A model generated the notes under the pieces. That model was not told where the DNA came from. It made no database searches and saw only the letters and a program-made list of their open reading frames with translations. From contig OX597823.1 in NCBI GenBank assembly GCA_951406725.2, forward strand, positions 65,596,001-65,660,000: a stretch of DNA of 64,000 nt. Reading direction: 5' to 3'. This DNA comes from Octopus vulgaris. Taxonomy: Eukaryota. Both the position numbers and the translations under genes were made by a program. Below, one piece after another: positions 54,491 through 64,000 of the stretch. The stretch's first letter is position 1. Each line of letters starts with the position of its first letter.

Positions 54491-57475
54491 TTATTATTGT
54501 TTTCACTATCAACTTGAATGTTACCAACAGTAACAACTTTTAGAATATATTTAGTTATTCATTTATTATCGCTTTGGTTTTCTTAAACCTTTTCGCATGA
54601 AACATCTTCAATAATGGAGTAAGGCAAATCATGTACATCTACAAATAAACTGAGACAAACAAGCACACATTCTCGTGCGATAGAACAATAAAGATAAAAA
54701 TTACGAATAGGGAAAGAAGGGGAAAAACCCAGCGTTTTGTTGTAGAAGATTGAAGAAAATTGTGATATCAAACAGTATTTGTGTTTAACGTATCACAAAA
54801 CAGTTGCGGTTCTGTCATATATAATAATAGCGTATGTAATTAGAAAAATATGGGGTATTAAGAAAACAATATAAATGTATAATATGGATTTTTTTACAGC
54901 ATATTTAGACAAAAATCTATCATGGCATAAAAGGAAAGAAAAATATAGAAAGCCATACACCCTTATTTTATATTACATGTTTTAGTAATAACAAAAAGCA
55001 TGTATATATTAAAGCTCATAAATTTTTATTTGCTACTTAGATATATATTTTAGTTCTTTGAGATGTTTACTATTGTTTCTGTTGGAAGATAATAAAATTT
55101 ACATAATGCTCTTTCTAAAAGAAACTTATCAAGCTCTACATCAACTATTCGTATTGGACTTGCTGATGCATTATACATAAGATGTTGCACAATGTTTGCA
55201 TTATACAACTCCACGCCCCTCCAAAAATCAATATATAGAAATACAACAATACAGTAAGATACAGAGAGGAAAGATAAAAAGAAAAAAAAAATCACGCGTA
55301 CACATATACAGGCACTAATATACGCACAAATACATGTAAGTATAGACACATACGTAATGTTTATTCTAAGAAATTTATTTTATTCTCAACAAAGTTTCTC
55401 CGTTGCTTTAAGAGTTATGCTAACGAAGATTATTGAGTTACTATGGCTTCCCATAAGAGGAAGGAAAAAAAGAAAGGAGTGTGAATCAAACATATATTGT
55501 CTTTAAATCTTACTTCAACATTTATACTCAACTATCTATGTTTTGTTTTAACTGTTGTATTGTTGTTGATATTTCAAATACCATCTTATTTCTCTGGATA
55601 TTGTAGTAGAAATTCAGGTGTGTGTTGGATCGCTGTCTCTCATTTCATTGCATTTTTGTGTGTACATGTATTTATATTTCCTGTTGTTTTTGGTAATCTA
55701 TGTAATATGCATGGGAACTCACTAACATGGCTTATTTTTGGTAGATTATATGCATGACTGAGTCATGTGATGTTCGTTACACACACACACATACACGCAC
55801 ACACACATACGCGCACACACACACACACGCGCAAACAAACAAACAAACAAACAAACAAACATATGCATTTTCTTGTATACTTTATCGTTGCTGTTGAACA
55901 TTTCATTATCAGAATTGCCTGCGATAACGCTGTCTATGGCTTCAGTTATTTCTCTTATTTTTTTCTGCATTTTCACATTACCTCTGGCCTCTTTAGACGT
56001 AGGTGGTTGTTTAAAGCAAGGATCGATAATGCTTTCCTGGAAATATTTTTTATATGACGTTATTTGACAACAATATCAGGAGCAAACGCCTTTTTATTGG
56101 AAAACGGGCATGAATCAAGTCATAGTTGCGCTTTCATTTGCAGAGCCATTACGTTGAAATTTCATGATACTGGAAGAAAATGCTCTAGCTTTAGCTTTGC
56201 ATCCCAAAGCTTACCATTAGAGACAATACAATCTCTAATCTCATCTTAATTGTTACCTTTCGTGTATGTACGTTATATATTCTGATTTATTGCTCATCTT
56301 TGAAACTTTCTTGCGTGAAAGATTGTATCATTCCTTTTTTGTACTTTAAGAGAGATTGCGCGTAGAATTTTTTGATTGTAGTTCTAAATTCGATTATCTA
56401 TAGTTTAAATTTTCTTTTCAGGAGTACGTCCCTGAACTAGTCCTAACAACCCGAAAGGAGTTTCCCGTTTGATCTGGTTTTCTGGATATGTGTTTGAATA
56501 TATGTAGTCTCTGATATATCATTTTCAATCATACAAATGGTATTTATTGTTAATTATTATGTGTAGAAGAATATGATTTTGCAGAAGATTTCCATTGAGC
56601 AATTCCAAAGCGTTTTCTAGGACGAATTATTAGGTCATTGCAGTGTGAACTGAAATAGTATTTCCACTAATGAATATAGCCAAGGAACAGAAAAGTTGAC
56701 TATCCTTTCCTCAGTACTCAGAATATAAGAGATTTGGGCAATTGTTTTTGACGAACGGTTATTGTGCGGCTCTGACATCAAAATTTATGATGTGTTCAGA
56801 AACCTCTGCCAATCGGCAGAACTTCCATCCTGCTACAGAGAGAGGAAGGAACTACTATATAGTAGGGAGATTCAGACATGCTGGACGATAATCTGACCAG
56901 CTTCAAATAAAAGTCTTTGGCTTAGGGATTATGAACAACACCGCAAACGTCCTACACTGGCAGTGTTATTGAGTATTGGGGGTGGACGATGCAAATTATT
57001 TCTGCATATTCGGAAGTAACATCGGTCAGAAAACCATGATACCGTTCTCACTATATCTGTTCAGCGCTCACGCGTAGTTGATACACGGAGATATATTAGA
57101 AACTGCGATTTTGTATAAGAAGGATTTATTTTTGTATTTATTGCGCTGCCCAATGTGACAGCTATTGTACAATGGCGGTGCTAAATATAGTAGAGAATAA
57201 CAGTCTGTTTCAATGCTCATGTTTTCATAAATTATCTAAAGCAACAGCTGATGGCAATGCTTCAATTTGGTCGCCAGGGTTACACTCTGACAACGTCGGA
57301 GACTGTTAGATGTAAGTGTAAAAATCGGTTATTCATGAGAAAACCAACATTTCGATTCAGCCTAAAGATTTCAACAAGATATAAAAATGAGTGAGAAAGA
57401 TATGATTGTAAAAATGTACATTTTAGTTTCGTATCAAATGGAGTTTTCTTCTGCCGTTTCTTCCTCTCCTCTTCC

Positions 57476-57670
57476 TAGGCGAGTTGGCAGAATGGTAACT
57501 GCATCGGACAAACTGTTTAACAGCATTTCTTCAAACCGTTTACGTTCTGAGTTGTATTCCCGCTGCGGTCGACGGGGTAGATAATATATGTAGGTGTCAG
57601 ATACTGGAGTTGATATAATCGACTTGCCCCTCTCATCAAAATTGATTACTTAGTGTGAAAATTCGAGACC
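57476..57670 (+). mobile_element. Decayed SINE-like family copy
   Basis: GGCGAGTTGGCAGAAT head; TACGTTCTGAGTT; ACTGGAGTTGATATAATCGACTTGCCCC. Confidence 0.65.
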
Positions 57671-57749
57671 ATTGGTTTGTTGTTATTCTTGTTGCCCTTG
57701 GTGTTGCTGTTCTTTTTCTTCTTTTTAGTCATCATCATTTTAGTCATCA

Positions 57750-58200
57750 TCACTAGTCTTATTTTTATTACGTGGTGTCACTGCATTCCCGAGCGCAGCT
57801 CTTTATGCCTTGGGTATGAGCTGTCGTTTGCTTTGGTGATAATATTTTTACTGTATTGAAAGTGATTTAAGTAGCATGTGTTTCAGTGCCTAGCGGCGCT
57901 ATTTTCAGCATGCTATATATATTCGTAAGTCCTAGTATTTTGTTTATGTATTTGCCAGTATGATTTTTAACTATACCTTAAAGGGATTGTTTCTGTGTTA
58001 GCATTCGGATTTTCTCTATTTCTAGATCTTTATATTTCGAGAGTTTCTCTGCTTCTTTTAGGGATACATGGGACTGATGTGCCGATTAGAATGCATTTTC
58101 CTTCATGGTGGTCGCTGACGACAATATCTGGCCTATTTACCTCGATCACTCTATCTGTTTGTATTGGCATATCCCAGAATAATTTGTTCTTTCTTATGTC
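57750..58200 (-). mobile_element. 3' end of an older copy of the R4/Dong family
   Basis: CCGAGCGCAGCTCT..TGCCTTGGGTATG matches the 3' UTR at 31556-31586; the downstream sequence matches ~31615-31990. Confidence 0.85.
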
Positions 58201-58762
58201 CGTAGCTTGGTCACACAGATTTTATTCTTAATACAAAAAGGCTTCTGTCGTTGCATGCCTTGTGCATTCTGTACCTACATACCCTAGCGGGTACTTCATT
58301 ATCATATCTCGGATAATCCAGAAAGTAGCACTCCATTAGAACCACATTTTATCTTTCGTCCACCTTCTTTTAGAGGTTGCTTGATGACGACTGGGCCAAT
58401 GCTGCTCACCCGTGGGACAGCCGCTGGGCGAAAGACCATCAAAAGTTGTTCCAGCCTCTTTTACGCCGTTCTCATTTCTGTTTTTATTTGACATTACAGC
58501 ACTCATGATGAGGTTTAGTGAATTCTAGGTTGCACAACCACCAGTATTGTTACACCCGTGACATTATTACGGACGGTATTTCCACCCTACGATATAAGAA
58601 AGGGTGTTCAAGCGTTATGATTGCTTCTGCTTCTTAGATATATGTTATTTTGGTGCCCGTTGCCTTGTAAGAGTTTAATAGCCCGTATACAAGTCTTGTT
58701 TTACTTCCTGCAAGGTGTCGAAACAGCAAGAATCATATATTATTATTATTATTATTATTATT

Positions 58763-59310
58763 GAGTGAGAGAGCAGTGCATGCCATCAAAGTGACACTGG
58801 TGTAAAATATACGAAGCCCAATATACCCATCATGACTACCCGTCTGATAAGAGTACACCAGGCACATGCATCACAACCATATATGCGTGACATGGTGATC
58901 TCATATCAAGATAAACAGCACATGACCTTGCAGGTGGGGCCCAGTCAGAATTTTCTTCAGGTCGAGTAGCCCATCCCACTCAAAAGGTCTCTGAATAAGG
59001 GTTGTTTAAGGATATTGAATAAACCATGTTTCCAGATGTGAATTATCCTAACCTCTAAGGATCCCTTTCAACACACGGCTATGGTGTTCCCCCACTACTT
59101 CTGCTCATGATCGGAGATGCACACATCGTCAGCCACCAAGGGACATGGTCAATTGGTTAAGGTCAAACAACTAACAAGCAAGTCTGTGGTATTGAGCAGA
59201 ATATTTTCTGTAGCCCATTTTATACCAGGACAAAACAATGTACATGATAACACTTTCAATCAGTTAAGATCAGAAGCCATGAGAGCCACTGCCAGATACT
59301 ACATCGGGGC
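58763..59310 (-). mobile_element. Probable ~550-bp non-autonomous retroelement embedded in (ATT)n
   Basis: Sharp GC increase between (ATT)n runs on both sides; no ORF. Family assignment and strand are inferred from the (AAT)n tail only. Confidence 0.45.
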
Positions 59311-59314
59311 AATT

Positions 59315-59619
59315 TATTATTATTATTATTATTATTGTTGTTGTTGTTGTTTTTTTTAAAATTATTATTATTACCACCATCATCATCATCATTATTATTA
59401 TTATTATTATTATCATCATCATTATCATCAGTAGTAGCACTAGCATTGGCAGCAGCAGCAGCAGTAGCAGCAGCAGTAGGAGCAGCAGTAGTAGTAGTTG
59501 TTGTAGTAGTATTGGCAGCAGCAGTAGTAGCAGTAGTAGTTATAGTAGTAGTAGTACTGGTAGTAGTAGTAGTAGTGGTAGTAGTAGTAGTAATAGTAGT
59601 AGTAGTAGTAATAGTAGTG

Positions 59620-59708
<89 letters not shown>
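59315..59708. repeat. Compound trinucleotide microsatellite (ATT/GTT/ATC/GCA/GTA)
   Basis: Read directly. Confidence 0.95.
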
Positions 59709-59709
<1 letters not shown>

Positions 59710-60639
59710 TATCAGAAAATAAATAATTGATAATTTCATTTCCTAACATCATAGCTGAATAAGGATCGGCCACTTGAAAATGATAAATACCGTTGAAATA
59801 AAATTATGTTACATTTCCATTATTTATACGAAAGCGATATTAAAATAAATATCGAAATGAAATAAAATATAAAATGCCAAAGAATTCGAAATACATTTGT
59901 CTTGAAATGATGTAGAATAAGTTGCGTGTGCTAAACGAAGCGAATATTTAAAATTCCAATACATTTTGATCATTCATTTTAGAAATAAGTATTTGGTTCA
60001 TATATTTGTATATATCACAAGAGATAGAAATGCATTAGTAACTGATTTTAATGCATATGATAATGATAGATAATTATGTGGCTGAAGAATTTCTACAATT
60101 GTATGCAGATAAGAAAGTAGTTTTTTTCTTTAGAAATTTGCTAATTTCTTTCATTGCAATGTTCATAATATATATTTTCCCAAAACATATTAGCTTCCAA
60201 ATGTTGCTTATGAGGATACTGGTTTTGTCTTTCTGAGATGATGTATGTATGTGTATATGTATGTACGTGTATATGTATGTATGAATGAATGTATGTATGT
60301 ATGTATGTATGTACGTAAGTATGTATATATGTATTGTTTGTATCTATATATAAATAAATATATATATATATCACTGTGTTGAAGATATTTTGTATTGATT
60401 GTCCAAGGAGGTAAGTGTTAGATTTTTAAGAAAGTAGTACTGTAATATGAATGCATATACTAAAAGCATTAGAATTTTAAAATTAACTAAAATAGTTGTA
60501 GGTTTGAATAGAAATTCAAAGCATCTAGTGGGGAGGTAGAAAATTCTATTTCAAAGTGGAATACAATTACATATGTATGCATATGTCTCTACATATGCAT
60601 ACATACATATGAACATGCATGCATAAATGCATGCCACGC

Positions 60640-60678
<39 letters not shown>

Positions 60679-61100
60679 AACACACACACGTAGAGTGATA
60701 GGTAGACTATTATAGATGCAGACAACCACGCACGGATACATATATTAACATTCGAATTTGTGCAAAAATATATAAGCATTTGAGAAATTAAATTTTAAAA
60801 AATGTTCACAGTGACTTCGAAGTTTGGCCATCTGCTATTAAAGATGTTATTGATTGTGAAAAATATCACGTGCAACTTTTTGCTGTGCGTTAAACAAACA
60901 GTGAAACAGTTTGTCAAGAGGCTTTAGAAATTTTCCGGCATCAAATTCATAGAAGTAATTTTTATATTATTATGTCACCCACAATTACCCACAGTTAAAT
61001 TTCTCATACTTAAATCCGTCTCAGTTCTTGTCTACACTGTGAACATTACACACACACACACTTACACACACACACATACACTCACACACATATATATATT

Positions 61101-61138
<38 letters not shown>

Positions 61139-61227
61139 GGCATAAACATGTATGTGAATACATTTTACCCATCTATCTACCACTCTCTTTCTCGCCATTA
61201 CTCTTTTCCCCTCTACCCCCTCTCTCT

Positions 61228-61263
<36 letters not shown>

Positions 61264-61273
61264 CAGAGAGAGA

Positions 61274-61282
61274 CAGATAGAC

Positions 61283-61358
<76 letters not shown>
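61274..61358. repeat. (GATA)n tetranucleotide microsatellite
   Basis: Read directly. Confidence 0.95.
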
Positions 61359-62181
61359 GAACATTGAATTATACATTATCGATCATTTTGCTGGTTACTG
61401 GAACTGAGGCAACTTAAATCGAATCAACAACATTCCGATCGGAATATCATCTTACAATCAGCTTACATCTTGTAATGATGTTAAGATAGTGTATACCATA
61501 TACTGGAGAAACATATGTAAACATAGAATAATATTGTTACATCTGTTTAGAGAAGACATTTCTGCTCAATTGTTTCCTATAAACAATATTTTAGATATAA
61601 TAGATGTACAAATATTAAACGACTTTGTTAAGGGATTCGGTTTGAATCTTCTGTTATTGTATTGTTTTTGTATTGTGTGTTGTTTGTGCGGCGCAGCTTG
61701 TGTTTTGTTTGGTATTGGACTTCTATGGCACATGTCGTGGGCTTTGTTCATTTCGTTGGGTATTTACGGTATGAGTTTATTCTTTTATGATTTTGGAGGA
61801 ACGTTGCATCTTAGTGTGTGTAAATCATAAATGAACTATTTCATAGTATTCGTGGTTAGCTGGTCATCGTTTCTTTCTCTTTCGGTTGCTTTTGTTTTGG
61901 GCTCATCTTTACGGCGTTTAATTTTTGACAGAACACCGCCCATGGATATCTATTGATTCTTCACTTGTGTTTATAATTATTATGCATGCATCAGCGACAG
62001 ATCGAGAAGAAACAGCAATGTGCATATGTATAGATGTCTTGTATATATATGGATGTATATGTAATAAAATTTCAAATTTTAGTCAAAGTCTCGCAGTTTT
62101 CGTATAGAAATATTTCAGTCCATATGTTTACGCTCTCACGCAAGTGCTCCTGTGGCGGTGCATCCAGATGGAGCTATTCTT

Positions 62182-62235
<54 letters not shown>

Positions 62236-62264
62236 TGTATGAGTGTGTGTGTGTGTATGTATAT

Positions 62265-62775
62265 GTATATATAAAAGGCAGGATGTGTGTGTATATGTGT
62301 GTGTGTGTACGTGAATGTAATTTATGCACGTCCACAAATTAGCACGCATGTCGCTCCAAATTTAGGAAGACATTCGTCAATATCCTAGCTGTATTTTCGT
62401 CAACTTATTTTCCCAGAGGCACCATCGGCAAGCAGCAAGATTAAATTTTCAACCTAAACTTTTCACAATTTTCAACTTGGAGAAATCACCATGGTTCCAG
62501 AACAGGAGTTAACTCCCATTCTAGGGACGAGAACGTTTTGTTAAGACTGTTGTTTTTTTCTATCGACGAAAAAGTGCTTCGTTGATATATGGGCAACACA
62601 CACAGACGCACAGATACACGCGCGCACACACACACATACATACAAACAAACATACACAGACACAAAGGATTTCGCACAAATTTGACACCGATGTTACTTT
62701 GTTGGGTTTGAAATAAACAATTTCATTAGTTTAATAATCCTAGCTTAATCCCGGGCAAAGCCAGGTTATACTGCT

Positions 62776-62778
<3 letters not shown>
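62265..62778 (+). mobile_element. Possible non-autonomous Helitron-like element
   Basis: 3' end CCCGGGCAAAGCCAGG hairpin ~10 nt before CTTGT (degenerate CTAGT); 5' TATATATAAAA plus internal microsatellite. Weak support. Confidence 0.3.
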
Positions 62779-62826
<48 letters not shown>

Positions 62827-63088
62827 TCAATATAGGGTGGCAAAAAAAAATTTTGTAGAATTCTTTTGCCACCAGCGGCCTAGTAGGAAAAAATTAAAAT
62901 AGTCATAGACTATTGACTATATTGATTAATTATGAATTTTCTGGTTAATTCCGTAATGGAATCGACGGCTTATATTTATTTGCTGCCGATAAATTTGGCG
63001 CGAGTGCGACGATTTGAAAATTTTAGGTCAGATATTAACTTGGCAACGTCGGAAATGCCTCGTGAAAATATGTGTTCCGTCTTGGGCT

Positions 63089-63195
63089 ATTTCTTACTGA
63101 AGAATCTGAGGGCCTGTGGAAGATTGGCTTGATTTAATTTAATCAGGTTAGTTTACCATTAATCAGCAGATGAAACGGTATATCGTATAAGAAAT
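63089..63195 (+). ncRNA. Type I hammerhead ribozyme with extended stem II (copy 1)
   Basis: ATTTCTTA/TAAGAAAT stem I (8 bp); CTGAAGA; ATCTG..CAGAT stem II enclosing a long G.U-rich hairpin; GAAA; stem III ACGG(TATA)TCGT; GUA site, predicted cleavage after 63187. Confidence 0.85.
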
Positions 63196-63581
63196 TACAG
63201 GGTAAATGTTTTTTAAATTTTCTCCTGGTTTACTGAATTAACTTTTATTTGCGGTTGAAGCTTTGGCTGTTATTTCTAGTGGGTGAATGGCCTATTATGG
63301 CCGTTCCTTTATTGTTGATGTTGAACTTAAAAATGGTCTATGACTATTTTAATTTTTTCCTACTAGGCCGCTGGTGGCAAAAGAATTCTACAAAATTTTT
63401 TTTGCCACCCTATATTGATTAATTATGAATTTTCTGGTTAATTCCGTAATGGAATCGACGGCTTATATTTATTTGCTGCCGATAAATTTGGCGCGAGTGC
63501 GACGATTTGAAAATTTTAGGTCAGATATTAACTTGGCAACGTCGGAAATGCCTCGTGAAAATATGTGTTCCGTCTTGGGCT

Positions 63582-63688
63582 ATTTCTTACTGAAGAATCT
63601 GAGGGCCTGTGGAAGATTGGCTTGATTTAATTTAATCAGGTTAGTTTACCATTAATCAGCAGATGAAACGGTATATCGTATAAGAAAT
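63582..63688 (+). ncRNA. Type I hammerhead ribozyme with extended stem II (copy 2)
   Basis: Same sequence as copy 1, offset +493; predicted cleavage after 63680. Confidence 0.85.
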
Positions 63689-63777
63689 TACAGGGTAAAT
63701 GTTTTTTAAATTTTCTCCTGGTTTACTGAATTAACTTTTATTTGCGGTATATATGTATATATATATATACATATGGA

Positions 63778-63820
<43 letters not shown>

Positions 63821-64000
63821 CTCCATATGAGAAAGGTCTTTCAGTCTCCTTTGATAGCTTACATTAAAAAGTGGTTTTCTTTCGTTGCTTTTGCGGAATC
63901 TTAATTCTTGCTTCGTGATGGTTTCTCGGCAGTACGCTATCACACTCACACGTCCATGGTGTTTGCTATTCGTATAATCATAATAAATAATAATAATAAT

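Larger units (their letters stand above)
62821..63748 (+). mobile_element. Partial-tandem pLTR/retrozyme-like element: 339-bp direct repeat (period 493) plus 5' inverted segment, in (TA)n
   Basis: 62917-63255 equals 63410-63748; 62821-62910 is the reverse complement of ~63336-63424. Each direct repeat carries a canonical HHR. Confidence 0.9.

Noticed and set aside
62932-63625. Duplicated 66-aa ORF (MNFLVNSVMES..)
   Set aside because: A by-product of the direct repeat. It overlaps the ribozyme core and has no recognisable motif.

Overview
AT-rich eukaryotic (animal) non-coding DNA, about one third simple repeats and decayed mobile elements. The microsatellite density and SINE/LINE repertoire resemble a cephalopod (Octopus-like) genome; this is an inference. 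No intact host gene, rRNA, true tRNA or CRISPR array is visible, and most ORF-track entries are microsatellite artefacts. Recognisable elements: a near-intact 5'-truncated R4/Dong-type RLE LINE (31.5-34.1 kb) plus four decayed relatives, RTE, CR1-type and L1/Tx1-type LINE fragments, a Penelope-like GIY-YIG 3' fragment, three Tc1/mariner remnants (one DD37D, one DD34D, one full-span copy with TIRs), a 156-bp MITE and many tRNA-derived SINEs. The most notable signal is a set of hammerhead-ribozyme (HHR) motifs read directly from the sequence: eight motifs at six loci, in apparently unrelated short elements. They include a tandem pair of apparently identical, canonical type I HHRs 493 nt apart (62.8-63.75 kb; retrozyme/pLTR-like, predicting a 493-nt excisable and possibly circular RNA), an inverted HHR pair bounded by a 13-bp target-site duplication, and a minimal HHR with a swapped G3:C8 core.
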